Below, piece after piece: positions 12,056 through 22,307 of a DNA stretch of 64,000 nt. The stretch lies in the NCBI GenBank assembly GCA_022792395.1, contig JAAWAX010000034.1:7105-71104 (forward strand). The letters are read 5' to 3'. Made by a program: the position numbers and the translations under genes. Position 1 is the stretch's first letter, and each line of letters starts with the position of its first letter. The notes beneath the pieces were generated by a model. That model had not been told where the DNA came from. It saw only the letters and a list, made by a program, of their open reading frames with translations, and did not search any database. This DNA is from Clostridia bacterium (lineage in GTDB: Bacteria; Bacillota; Clostridia; TANB77; CAG-508).

Positions 12056-12715
12056 ATGATGAAAATTACAAAATTCCCACAATCATGTTTATTGATAGAA
12101 ACGAAAGGAAAGAAAATACTAGTAGATCCAGGAACTTTAAAATACAAAGAAGAATATTTTGACATTTGGAATACAGTAGATATAATTTTAATAACACACA
12201 AACATCCAGACCATTGTAATACAGAGGTATTACAAAAACTAAATAAAAATATAACAATTTATTCAACGAAAGAAGTTCAAGATGTCAATGAAAATTTAAA
12301 AATAAATATTGTTAAAGAAAATGATATCATTGAATTAGATAATATAAAAATAGAAGTAGTACATGCAATACATGGATATCAGCCATTACTAAAAGGCGAT
12401 AAAGAAGTTCACGAGAATGTAGGATATATTATTGATGATGGAGAAAATAGATTATATTCAACAAGTGATACTATTTGTTTCAAGAATGACTATAAAGCAA
12501 ATATTCTATGTATGCCAGTAACTGGATATGGATTAACCATGTCAGCATTTGAAGCATCATTATATGCAAAAGAGGTTGGTGCTACTTTAGTAATTCCAAT
12601 TCATATGGATAATCCAGCATTTCCACCAAACTTTGATTTTATAAAAGAAATGTTTGAAAAATATGAAGTGGAATATGAAATATTAGAAAATGATGAAAGT
12701 ATTGAAATAGAGTGA
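12056..12715 (+). CDS. MBL-fold metallo-hydrolase
   Basis: ILVDPG, ITHKHPDH, IPIH. Confidence 0.85.
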   Translation: MMKITKFPQSCLLIETKGKKILVDPGTLKYKEEYFDIWNTVDIILITHKHPDHCNTEVLQKLNKNITIYSTKEVQDVNENLKINIVKENDIIELDNIKIEVVHAIHGYQPLLKGDKEVHENVGYIIDDGENRLYSTSDTICFKNDYKANILCMPVTGYGLTMSAFEASLYAKEVGATLVIPIHMDNPAFPPNFDFIKEMFEKYEVEYEILENDESIEIE

Positions 12716-12779
12716 AAATACAAGTGTGGAATCATAGAAAGAATACATAAATGAAAAAATATTTTAGGAGAAATTGACT

Positions 12780-13517
12780 ATGAAATATATTAATTCGAAA
12801 AAAGTAGATGGCATAAAATTAATGAAAGGAAATTTTTATGTGCTAATGGATTTCGATAGAACTTTAACAAAAGGAGATAGTATAAGTTGCTGGAGAGTAT
12901 TGTATTATTCAGATTTGTTAGGAGATGATTTTAAGCAAAGATATGATGAAATCCATGATAAACATAGTGAAACATGGGAAGATAGATTTAAAGAGTATAT
13001 AAATTTGTTGCATGAGAAAAAATTAGATAATGAAATGATAAAAGGAGCAGTAAGAAAAACAAATTTGCAACTTCGTGATGGTGCAAAAGAGTTTTTGAAA
13101 AAAATGAATGACATGAATGTGCCAGTAATAATCATGTCTTGTAGTATAAGAAATGTAATAAAAGAATATCTTAAGGCTAATGATTGTGATTACAACAATA
13201 TATATATATATTCTAATTATTGTGATATAGAGAGAAAAGGTGAAAGGGACATTTATTCAGTTACACCACATAGTAAAAATAGAATTACTTTTTCAAAAGA
13301 ATTAAATGATATGATAGTGACAAAAGAGTACACATTGTTATTTGGAGATGTAGTAGATGATATCAATATGGCAACAAAAGAAAGGAAAGAAAATACTATA
13401 ACAGTAGGATTTTTAGACAAAAAAATAGAAGAAAATTTAGCATTATATCAATCTGCTTTTGATATTGTATTAACTAATAATGCAAGTTTTAAAGAAGTAG
13501 AAGATATTATTAAGTGA
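12780..13517 (+). CDS. HAD-family hydrolase, pyrimidine 5'-nucleotidase-like
   Basis: MDFDRTLT, LRDGAKEF, LFGDVVDDINM, TVGFL. Confidence 0.8.
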   Translation: MKYINSKKVDGIKLMKGNFYVLMDFDRTLTKGDSISCWRVLYYSDLLGDDFKQRYDEIHDKHSETWEDRFKEYINLLHEKKLDNEMIKGAVRKTNLQLRDGAKEFLKKMNDMNVPVIIMSCSIRNVIKEYLKANDCDYNNIYIYSNYCDIERKGERDIYSVTPHSKNRITFSKELNDMIVTKEYTLLFGDVVDDINMATKERKENTITVGFLDKKIEENLALYQSAFDIVLTNNASFKEVEDIIK

Positions 13518-13587
13518 GAGAACAATAAATACAGTATGAAGAAAGAAAAAACAATAGGAAAAAAGTAATGATGAAATGGAGATGACC

Positions 13588-14178
13588 ATGAAAATAGGAA
13601 TCGATTTAGATGGTGTAGTAATAGATAGTGAAACAACCTTTAGAACATACGAAGAAATATTTGATATTGATACCTTAAAAGGAAATCATTTAATCAATAA
13701 AGAAGAGCCAAAATTTCAAGCTAGATACAATTGGACAGAAGAGTGGCAAAAAGAATTCATTGAAAAATATTTTTTAACAGTATCAAAAGAAAGTAATCTA
13801 ATGTCAGGATTTATAGGAGTATATAATTTACTAAAAAAACAAGGACACGAATTTGTAGTTATTACTGCTAGAGGTGGATTTATCAAAGAAATGAAAGAGG
13901 ATGCCATAAGATTATTAGATGAGAATTATATTAAATTTGATAAATATTATTGGAAAGTTGAGGACAAGCTAGAAATTTGTAAAAATGAAAAGGTAGATAT
14001 TATGATTGATGATGATTGGAAAATTATAAAGAAATTAGCAGACAATCATGTCAAAACTCTATATTTTAGAGATACAAATCTAGTGAAATTAGAAGAAAAT
14101 GAGTACATAAAAGAAGTAAATAATTGGGGAGATATCTATAGAATTATAAAAAAAGAATATGAAAAACAAATATGCTAA
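13588..14178 (+). CDS. HAD-family 5'(3')-nucleotidase-like protein
   Basis: MKIGIDLDGV, ITAR, IMIDD. Confidence 0.8.
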   Translation: MKIGIDLDGVVIDSETTFRTYEEIFDIDTLKGNHLINKEEPKFQARYNWTEEWQKEFIEKYFLTVSKESNLMSGFIGVYNLLKKQGHEFVVITARGGFIKEMKEDAIRLLDENYIKFDKYYWKVEDKLEICKNEKVDIMIDDDWKIIKKLADNHVKTLYFRDTNLVKLEENEYIKEVNNWGDIYRIIKKEYEKQIC

Positions 14179-14252
14179 TAACTGTAATTTATATTGCAAA
14201 AGATATATTTTTGCTATATAATGGACAAAAGTTTGAAAGGAATGAGGGAAGA

Positions 14253-15116
14253 ATGGCAACCATCATAGAAGGAAAAACATTAGCAAAAAAAATAAGAGAA
14301 AATTTAAAAATAGAGTGTGAAGAACTAAAAAAACAAGGAATTAAACCTAAATTAGCCGTTATTATGGTAGGAAATAATCCTGCCTCAAAAGTATATGTAA
14401 AAAATAAAAGTAAAGCATGTAATGAGATAGGAATTGAATATGAAGAGCATTTTTTGGAAGAAACCATAAGCCAACAAGAATTAAATGACTTAATTAAAAA
14501 GCTAAATAATGAGAAAGAAGTGAATGGTATTTTACTACAAAGTCCATTGCCAGAGCATTTAGATATTAATCAAGCATTTAAAGCTATTTCCTATCGAAAA
14601 GATGTAGATGGATTTACACCATCAAGTGTTGGAAAACTAGTTATGGGAGGAGATACTTTTATTTCTTGTACTCCTTATGGTGTTATGAAAATGTTTGAAG
14701 AATATAACATCGAGTTAACAGGAAAAGATGTTGTTATTATTGGAAGAAGCAATATCGTTGGAAAACCATTAGCACAATGTTGTTTAGCGAATAATGCAAC
14801 GGTTACAATTTGTCATTCTCGAACGAAGGATTTAAAAAAACATACACAAAGAGCCGATATTTTGATAGCAGCTATTGGAAAGGCTAAATTTGTTACTAAA
14901 GATATGGTGAAAGAAGGAGCAGTTGTAGTTGATGTAGGTATCAATCGAAATGAAGAGGGAAAATTAGTAGGAGATGTAGATTTTGATGAAGTAGAGAAAG
15001 TAGCAAGTTATATTACACCAGTTCCAGGAGGAGTAGGTCCAATGACAATTGCTATGCTAATGAACAATGTTATCAAAGCTGCTAAAGAACAAAATAACGA
15101 AAATTCAACTTTTTAG
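14253..15116 (+). CDS. folD: Methylenetetrahydrofolate dehydrogenase/cyclohydrolase
   Basis: KDVDGF, CTPYG, GRSNIVGKP, TPVPGGVGPMT. Confidence 0.96.
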   Translation: MATIIEGKTLAKKIRENLKIECEELKKQGIKPKLAVIMVGNNPASKVYVKNKSKACNEIGIEYEEHFLEETISQQELNDLIKKLNNEKEVNGILLQSPLPEHLDINQAFKAISYRKDVDGFTPSSVGKLVMGGDTFISCTPYGVMKMFEEYNIELTGKDVVIIGRSNIVGKPLAQCCLANNATVTICHSRTKDLKKHTQRADILIAAIGKAKFVTKDMVKEGAVVVDVGINRNEEGKLVGDVDFDEVEKVASYITPVPGGVGPMTIAMLMNNVIKAAKEQNNENSTF

Positions 15117-15296
15117 ACAAGAGTAGGACACAATTCTTTAATAGAATAAAATATAGATTTGGGGTATTATTGAAATAATGCCCTTTTTCTATTCAAGAAA
15201 AAACATAGATTGGACAGAAAGATGAAAAAATAATTTTTTGTAGTGAAAAAAGTAATAAAAAAATTTTGTGAATGATTCATACTAGAAGGAGAAAAA

Positions 15297-16202
15297 ATGG
15301 AAGGATTAGAAAAAAAGAAATATTGGATATGGCTATCTTTAATACCACATTTAGGAAGCAAGAAAAAACAAGACTTATTGAAGCAATATAAAAATCCGCA
15401 AGTAATATATCATCTAAAAGAAAACGAATTATATAAAGTCAAAGGAATAGGGGAAAAAACAATTGAAAATATTTTAAATCAAGATATTAGGGATAGTGTA
15501 GCAAACCATATAGAATATATGCTAAAAAATGATATTGATATCATTTCAATTTATGATAAGGAATATCCTAATATTTTAAAACAAATTTATGATTTTCCAA
15601 TGAGTTTATATTGTAAAGGAAATAGGAATATTTTAAATGACAAATCAATTGCTATTGTAGGATGCAGAGAAGTAAGTAAATATGGGGAAGGAGCTACTAA
15701 ATACTTTTCGTATCATTTAATACAAAAAGGGATAAATGTTATTAGTGGACTGGCTAAAGGTGTGGATAGTTATGCACATAAAGGTGCTATTTGTGGACAA
15801 GTGGATAGTTATACACAAGGGCAAGATTGTGGGAAATGTGGAAAAACAATTGCTGTGGTAGGGAATGGTTTAGACATGGTATATCCAAAGGAAAATCAGT
15901 TATTAGCAGAAGAAATTGTTAAAAAAGGAGGAACTATCCTATCAGAATATCCACTTGGTACAAAGCCAGAAAGAATGAATTTTCCAGCTAGAAATAGAAT
16001 CATTAGTGGAATGAGTCAGGGAGTTCTTGTGGTAGAGGCAAAAGAGAAAAGTGGTACATTGATTACTGTTGATTTTGCACTTGAACAAGGTAGAGAGGTG
16101 TTTGTTGTGCCAGGAAATATTAATTCGATAAATTCTGTTGGCACAAATCGACTGATTCAACAAGGGGCAAAACTAGTGACAAATTACCATGAAATTTTTT
16201 AA
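15297..16202 (+). CDS. dprA: DNA-processing protein DprA with a short in-frame insertion
   Basis: IAIVGCR, ISGLAKGVD, NFPARNRIISG, SGTLIT, ALEQGREVF. Confidence 0.93.
   Translation: MEGLEKKKYWIWLSLIPHLGSKKKQDLLKQYKNPQVIYHLKENELYKVKGIGEKTIENILNQDIRDSVANHIEYMLKNDIDIISIYDKEYPNILKQIYDFPMSLYCKGNRNILNDKSIAIVGCREVSKYGEGATKYFSYHLIQKGINVISGLAKGVDSYAHKGAICGQVDSYTQGQDCGKCGKTIAVVGNGLDMVYPKENQLLAEEIVKKGGTILSEYPLGTKPERMNFPARNRIISGMSQGVLVVEAKEKSGTLITVDFALEQGREVFVVPGNINSINSVGTNRLIQQGAKLVTNYHEIF
15761..15845. promoter_or_regulatory. Cluster of DnaA-box-like 9-mers inside dprA
   Basis: TTATGCACA 15770, TTATACACA 15809 and TGTGGAAAA 15837 match TTWTNCACA; TGTGGATAG 15761, TGTGGACAA 15792 and TGTGGGAAA 15828 have one mismatch. 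Confidence 0.55.
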
Positions 16203-16209
16203 AAAAGTA

Positions 16210-16238
16210 TTGACTTTTATTTTAAAATAGTTTATACT
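16210..16238 (+). promoter_or_regulatory. sigmaA promoter of the tRNA pair
   Basis: TTGACT, 17 nt, TATACT. Confidence 0.75.
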
Positions 16239-16265
16239 TTAATCTGTGCTAATAAAATCGAGCAT

Positions 16266-16342
16266 GCTCCTTTAGCTCAGTTGGTCAGAGCAACCGGCTC
16301 ATAACCGGTGGGTCCAAGGTTCGAATCCTTGAAGGAGCACCA
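16266..16342 (+). tRNA. tRNA with CAT anticodon, most likely tRNA-Ile2 (lysidine type)
   Basis: Cloverleaf GCTCCTT...AAGGAGC-ACCA; anticodon arm CCGGCTCATAACCGG; resembles Firmicute Ile2 rather than fMet or elongator Met. Confidence 0.9.
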
Positions 16343-16358
16343 TACTAATTTAATATTT

Positions 16359-16444
16359 GGGTAGGTGGCCGAGTGGCTAAAGGCGGCAGACTGTAAATCT
16401 GTTCTCATTTGAGTACGAAGGTTCGAATCCTTCCCTGCCCACCA
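16359..16444 (+). tRNA. tRNA-Tyr (GTA)
   Basis: GGGTAGG...CCTGCCC-ACCA; anticodon arm GCAGACTGTAAATCTGT; long variable arm. Confidence 0.95.
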
Positions 16445-16472
16445 TAAAATACGATGAAAGTCGTATTTTATT
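16445..16472 (+). terminator. Terminator after the tRNAs
   Basis: TAAAATACGA-TGAAAG-TCGTATTTTA. Confidence 0.6.
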
Positions 16473-16511
16473 ACACCTTATATACAAACATACGTTTTGA
16501 AAGAAAGGCGA

Positions 16512-16895
16512 ATGAATTTTACCACTAATAAAGAAAAAAGAAATTCTGGTTTAGGAATAGCAATAGCATATTTTTCTGTAAATGGATATACAGTATCTAT
16601 TCCACTAAACGATACACAAGATTATGATTTAGTAATTGAGAAATCTGGAAAACTTGAGAGTCTACAAGTAAAAGCAACTGGATGTAAAAGGAAGAATGGA
16701 AATTATCAAGTATCATTAAGAAGTTGTGGGGGAACAAAAGGAAGAGCATATAAAACACTTCTTGATACAAATGTGGACTATCTGTTTATTTTAAATCAAA
16801 ATAAAGAAATTTATTTAATTCCTAAAAGTGAAATAAGGAATAGAAATACTTTAAATTTATGTAAAAAATATGAACAATATAGAATCTTTTTTTAG
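16512..16895 (+). CDS. PD-(D/E)XK endonuclease (group I intron-associated family-like)
   Basis: GYTVSIPLNDTQDYDLVIEKSGKLESLQVK; VDYLFI; IYLIP. Confidence 0.75.
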   Translation: MNFTTNKEKRNSGLGIAIAYFSVNGYTVSIPLNDTQDYDLVIEKSGKLESLQVKATGCKRKNGNYQVSLRSCGGTKGRAYKTLLDTNVDYLFILNQNKEIYLIPKSEIRNRNTLNLCKKYEQYRIFF

Positions 16896-16941
16896 AATTA
16901 TTGCAGAATAAGATAATTATAAAAATAGGGGAGAAAAAATT

Positions 16942-17547
16942 ATGGAAAAAAACTATAATACATTAGAATACTATAATAAAAATGCAAAGCAGTATTGTGA
17001 ACAAACTTTAGAGGGGAAGCTACAAGAAAATTATGATAAATTCTTAAAAGAACTTCCAGCTAATAGCTACATTTTAGACTTTGGATGTGGTTCTGGAAGA
17101 GATAGTAAACACTTTATAGAGAATGGATATAAAGTAAAAGCAATAGATGGTTCCATAGAGATGTGTAAATTAGCAAGTGAATATATCAATCAAGAAGTTG
17201 AATGTATGAAATTTGATGAATTAGATGATATTGATACTTATGATGAAATATGGGCATGTGCCTCTATTTTACATGTCGAAAAGGAAAATTTACCAATTAT
17301 TCTTGATAAAATGATAAAAGCTTTAAAAATTAATGGGATAATTTATATCTCCTTTAAAATAGGAAAGGGGTATAAAATAAAGGAAGGAAAATATTATAAT
17401 TATTTAAACAAAGAAGAAATGCAAGAAAATTTAGGTAAAGTAAATGCTAATGCTACATTAATAAACTATTTTGAAACGTTACCAAGCACAAAGAGAAAGG
17501 CAGAAAATATAATTTGGGGCAATTTTATAATAAAAAAGTTGGGGTAA
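16942..17547 (+). CDS. Class I SAM-dependent methyltransferase
   Basis: ILDFGCGSGRD, IWACASILH. Confidence 0.88.
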   Translation: MEKNYNTLEYYNKNAKQYCEQTLEGKLQENYDKFLKELPANSYILDFGCGSGRDSKHFIENGYKVKAIDGSIEMCKLASEYINQEVECMKFDELDDIDTYDEIWACASILHVEKENLPIILDKMIKALKINGIIYISFKIGKGYKIKEGKYYNYLNKEEMQENLGKVNANATLINYFETLPSTKRKAENIIWGNFIIKKLG

Positions 17548-17559
17548 GGAGGATAAAAA

Positions 17560-18100
17560 ATGAAAATAATTTTAATAAGACATGGAAAAACAGAATGGAA
17601 TACATTAGAAAAAGCAGCAGGACAAGTTGATATTCCTTTAAATGAAACACGGAAGAAAACAAGCAGAAGAAACAAGAGAAAAATTAACCAATATGCCAAT
17701 TGATTTGATTATTTGTTCTCCTTTAATTCGTGCCAAAGAGACAGCTGACATTATTAATAAGGGAAGGAATATACCAATTGTAATTGATGAACGTGCGATA
17801 GAAAGAAATTTAGGAATATATGAAGGAATGCCAAATTCACAAGAAATTTTTAATGAAATTAGATATTATACAAAAAATGTTCCAGTACAAGATGGTGAAG
17901 ATTGTCAGTCTTATACGAAGAGAGTATTTGAATTTTTAGATGATGTAATAAAGAAATATAAAGGAAAGTATGAAAATGTTTTAATCTGTTCACATGGTTT
18001 TTTCTTACGTTCTGCCAGTTGGTATTTTAATGGCATTCCAGGAGAAAATGAAGAAGTAGTCAGAATTAAAAATTGCCAAGTAGATGTATATGAGGTTTAG
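17560..18100 (+). CDS. Histidine phosphatase family protein; +1 shift at CGG 17650-17652
   Basis: AGGAGG RBS; MKIILIRHGKTEWN...DIPLNET joins GRKQAEE...SPLIRAKET...CSHG when C17650 is skipped. Confidence 0.85.
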
Positions 18101-18215
18101 AAAAAATTTTTCTTTTCATAGGAATGGATAGAACATTGTGAAAAAAGAATATGAAATTGTTAGTTATTGGGAAATTTTTAGATGAGGTTTCTAGAAAATG
18201 AAGATATCATAAAAA

Positions 18216-18241
18216 CACGCATACAAATGATAGTATGCGTG
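18216..18241. terminator. Bidirectional terminator between convergent genes
   Basis: CACGCATAC-AAATGATA-GTATGCGTG. Confidence 0.55.
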
Positions 18242-18251
18242 CAAAATAACT

Positions 18252-19485
18252 TTATAATGTCACAATTTTTTTAGTAAAATCTAAATTACTGGTAGATTCT
18301 TCTTCATAACCAAGTGTATAAATATTAGTAGCTAAAATATCTTTGTCTAGCATAGTTTGAAGATTTTTATTAGAATTTTTATCCGTAAAGCGTTTTACGG
18401 AAGTAATAATCTCAAGTTTAGGATTTTCTTTTGCAATTTCAGAGATAAGAAATTTACCTCTTTTATTCAAACCTAAAACTCTAATATAAGGTTGTGTTCT
18501 TTTAGACATCGTAATATCTTTTTTAGTAATTCCTAATAAAGCATAAATTAAAATACGTTGAAGTCGAGTAGTAGTATATCTTTTCGTTTTGATAATTTCA
18601 AAAAAGTCATTTAGAGTATTACAAGAATCAACTGCGTTTTTTATAGCAAATTCTAACCCTTCTGAAACATCTGGTAATCCAGCAATTTCAGAAGTAGTCA
18701 TCTTTCTTAAAGCATAGATAATTTCTTTTTCAAATACAGTCAAATCAGGAACGATATGTCCGTGCTTTTGCATTTTTCATTAAAATTGAGTAACTAGAAG
18801 TTGGCATAAGGTTAGATAAAGCATTAAAGCCATCGTTTTTTATCATATTTCGAATAGCACTACTACTAGCAATATTTTTAGAGTAGTTTAAATCATGATA
18901 GCCTACTTCAGATCTTGGAACAACATAAGGTGTTAAAGTACTGTTCAATTTTTTCATAGCTTTTAGATATTCAATTCCTAAAATGTTATTAGGCGAAGAA
19001 AGGACATTGGCAAATCTTCGAATATCATTTAAATACATCATTAAGGCATTTTCTCTAGCTTTTGGATAAGAAACACCTTTTGATAATTCATGGGATAATA
19101 GTGTTTTATATTGTTTCGGTTCATGAAGCAAAACATCAGCACAAGTATCTAATATACTAATATCGGGGGTTTCAGCACCAAAAGAAATATAGTCAACAAC
19201 ACCTAAAGAATCAAGAATTTTAATAGCACCTTCTGCAAAATTTTCAGCACTTGAGGTGGCATATAAAACAGGAAGTTCTATGACTAAATCAACACCACTA
19301 TTGATAGCAGCTTGTGCTTTAGACCATTTATCAATTAGAGATGTGCTTCCACGTTGAGTAAAGTTCCCACTCATAATGGCAACTGTATAATGAGAACCTG
19401 TATCTTCCTTTGTCTTTTCTAAATGGTATAAATGACCATTATGAAAAGGATTGTATTCAGCTACAATACCTAAAACTTTACTCAT
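18252..19485 (-). CDS. tmcAL: tRNA(Met) cytidine acetate ligase (YlbM/TmcAL nucleotidyltransferase); +1 shift at CGG 18762-18760
   Basis: GIVAEYNPFHNGHLYH, MSGNFTQRG, PNNILGIEY; C-terminal KTKRYTTTRLQR and YIRVLG in the +1 frame joined at KNAKA-G-HIVPD. Confidence 0.88.
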
Positions 19486-19570
19486 AAAAATCCCTTCTTG
19501 ATTTCAATTTTTTATTTATGCTATAATAGTATCATAAAAAAATAAAAAATACAATGGAAAGGATAAATTT

Positions 19571-20005
19571 ATGGAAAAAGTTGTTATTTATACAGATGGT
19601 GCTTGTTCAGGGAATCCAGGACCAGGAGGTTGGGGAGCAGTTTTAATGTATAAAGAAAATAAAAAAGAAATATCTGGTGGAAAAAAAGATACGACGAATA
19701 ATGTTATGGAACTTACGGCTGTGATAGAAGGGTTAAAACTTTTGAAATATCCATGTGAAGTGGAATTATATAGTGATAGTGCTTATGTGGTAAATAGCTT
19801 TGAACAAGGTTGGATTTATAATTGGGTAAAAAACAACTGGAAAACGGCAGGAAAAGAACCTGTAAAAAATCAGGAACTTTGGCAAGAATTATATAATTTG
19901 ACTAAAATACATAAAGTTAAGTTTAATAAAGTAAAAGGGCATAGTGATAACCAGTATAATAATCGATGTGATGAATTAGCTAGAAATGCCATTGAAAAAG
20001 TATAA
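19571..20005 (+). CDS. rnhA: Ribonuclease HI
   Basis: [38 protein letters not shown]. Confidence 0.96.
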   Translation: MEKVVIYTDGACSGNPGPGGWGAVLMYKENKKEISGGKKDTTNNVMELTAVIEGLKLLKYPCEVELYSDSAYVVNSFEQGWIYNWVKNNWKTAGKEPVKNQELWQELYNLTKIHKVKFNKVKGHSDNQYNNRCDELARNAIEKV

Positions 20006-20029
20006 TAATGTTTGAAGTTATTTAAAATA

Positions 20030-20148
20030 AAAAGTTTATTCTATTTTTATTCGTAACTCCCAGCTACGCACAGTCTGTAATTGCATAACAGACTGTAAGC
20101 TTACTGGTCCCCCCGAAATGTTACATCATAAAAATAGAATAAACTTTT
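20030..20148. repeat. Structured intergenic element, copy A
   Basis: 21-bp perfect outer stem, GTAAC/GTTAC middle stem, inner stem with loop AATTGCATA; homologous to 24112-24235. Confidence 0.8.
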
Positions 20149-20203
20149 AAACTTAAATTAAATCATAGAAATTATTACATTTTTGTTACATAGAGAAAAA
20201 ATA

Positions 20204-20232
20204 TTGAAAAATTTTGTCAAATCCAGTATAAT
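20204..20232 (+). promoter_or_regulatory. sigmaA promoter
   Basis: TTGAAA, 17 nt, TATAAT upstream of AGGAGGAG RBS. Confidence 0.65.
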
Positions 20233-20254
20233 AAAAATGTAGAGGAGGAGACAG

Positions 20255-21061
20255 ATGAATACCTTTGCAGATTATATATTAGAAGAAGAAGAATTAGATG
20301 CAAAAATGGAAATAACCTATTATTTATCCAAAAAAGCAAAAGTATTTTTTGATAAATCGGTAGTATTCAAAGTAGAAATAGCTAGATTATTTTTAAATTA
20401 TTCTAAAATTGATGTAGATAAAAATTTTGTATTGACAGCTTGTTTACTATGTAATTGTAAAAAAGTTAACAATGCGCAAGATATCAATCGAATTCATGGC
20501 TATGCCAAAGAAGGTTCTAAATATCTAGGTGAGATAGGTTTTAGCAAAAGATTTTGTAAAGTATGTGAAGAAGTCAATCGATATAGTAAAAGCAATCCAA
20601 GAGAAAGAGAAAGTGATATATTAGAATTAGTCGATCAATTTGGAGGAATGCTATTAGATAGACCAGAGAGAATTGGCTTTAAAGCAGATGAAGCTTTAGT
20701 ATTATTAGAACATAGAAATTTAAAATCAGATTATAATCGATATTTGCAGAGTTTTATTGAATTTGTAAAATTTTTAGAAAAGATACAAATGAACGACATA
20801 GTGAATATGACAGCTTTCAGAAGACTTGTGAAAATATATAATGAAACAGAAGATTTAACCAAATTTATACAAAAGATTGTTTATGAATTTGAACCTAAAA
20901 TAGATAAACTAATTGCTGAACAAAATGATGAAATAGCAGATGAGATGTTCCGTAAAGTAGAAGGAGCAAATAGACCATTGTTTAGCGAAGAAACAACAAG
21001 AAAAATTCTGGCACATATACAAAATAGTCCTAAAATAGGAGCGAATAGTAATGTAGAATAA
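20255..21061 (+). CDS. Hypothetical protein, possibly degenerate HD-GYP-like fold
   Basis: LTACLLCNCKK in place of LLHDIGK; DILELVDQFGGMLLDRPER resembles ADxFDAMxxDRPYR. Confidence 0.55.
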   Translation: MNTFADYILEEEELDAKMEITYYLSKKAKVFFDKSVVFKVEIARLFLNYSKIDVDKNFVLTACLLCNCKKVNNAQDINRIHGYAKEGSKYLGEIGFSKRFCKVCEEVNRYSKSNPRERESDILELVDQFGGMLLDRPERIGFKADEALVLLEHRNLKSDYNRYLQSFIEFVKFLEKIQMNDIVNMTAFRRLVKIYNETEDLTKFIQKIVYEFEPKIDKLIAEQNDEIADEMFRKVEGANRPLFSEETTRKILAHIQNSPKIGANSNVE

Positions 21062-21096
21062 TGCCAAAAGGAGTAATCCTTTTTGGCAATTTTTTT
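21062..21096 (+). terminator. Rho-independent terminator
   Basis: TGCCAAAAGGA-GTAA-TCCTTTTTGGCA followed by a T-run. Confidence 0.6.
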
Positions 21097-21115
21097 AAAA
21101 GGAGAGAAATAGAAA

Positions 21116-22307
21116 ATGTACGAAATATTTGCAGATTTACATGTACACATAGGAAGAAGTGAGAATGGGAAACCAATTAAAATAACAGCAGCAAGAAGTT
21201 TGAATTTTGCTAATATTGCAAAAGAATGTGCTGACAGAAAAGGAATCAATGTAGTTGGAATAATTGATTGTGCTTCCCCTTATGTAATAGAAGATATTGA
21301 AAAATTCTTAAAAACAGGTAAGGCTTATGAATTAGAAGATGGTGGGATTATCTATAAAGATAAAGTGTGTATCTTATTAGGAAGTGAAGTAGAAACTTCA
21401 GAAAGAGGAAGAAATGGGAAAAGTGGTAGTGCTCATAATATTTGTTTTTTTCCCCATCTAAAAGATATTAAAAGTTTTTCAGAAGAATTAAGTCATCACT
21501 TGAAAAATATTACCTTAAGTACACAAAGGTCAGATTTATCGGGATATGATTTAATTGATATGGTAGAAAAATATAATGGTATTTTGATACCAGCTCATGT
21601 CTTCACACCACACAAAAGTTATTATGGGAATTGTACAGATAGGATGAAGGATATATTTAAAGAAAAATTTGATAAGATATTTGCGGTAGAATTAGGATTA
21701 AGTTCAGATACCTATTTAGCAGATACCATTTCAGAATTGGAAGATAAAACTTTTGTAACAAATTCAGATGCTCATTCTTTGCCTAAAATTGCAAGAGAAT
21801 ACAATAAAATGCAAGTAGAAGATATTTCTTTTAAGGAAGTGGTTATGGCATTAAAAAATGAAGGAGGAAGAAAGATTCTTGGCAACTATGGATTAGATCC
21901 TAAACTAGGGAAATACCATAGAACCTATTGTGATGATTGCGAAAAGGCAATTGAGACAAAAGAACCAGTTGAAGCTTGTCCAATGTGTGGCGGAAAAAAT
22001 GTAACCTTCGGCGTTTTTGATAGAATCGAATTAATAAAAGATAAAAAAGGAACAAAAAGTCCTAAACATAGACCACCTTATATTTATCAAGTACCACTTG
22101 GATTCATTCCAGGTGTAGGTGGAAAAACGATAGATAAATTATTAAATCATTTTGAAACAGAAATGAACATCTTGCATGAATTATCAAAAGATGATATAGA
22201 AGGGGTAGTAGGAGAAAAAGTAGCAAGATATATTGTAAATGCAAGAGAAGGTAAAATGCAAATCCATTCTGGTCGGTGGTGGAAACTACGGAAAAGTAGA
22301 AGGATGA
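21116..22307 (+). CDS. Endonuclease Q family (YqxK, PHP domain); +1 shift at CGG 22274-22276 gives the native C-terminus
   Basis: FADLHVHIG, IPAHVFTP, ELGLSSD, NSDAHS, GKYHRT, Zn finger; skipping C22274 gives IHSGGGGNYGKVEG* (stop 22305-22307). Confidence 0.85.

Noticed and set aside
17642-17660. ORF-track starts at 17642, 41642, 18773, 2770 and 40347 as independent genes
   Set aside because: No convincing RBS seen, they begin mid-domain, and the catalytic N-terminal motifs (e.g. RHG) lie upstream in another frame
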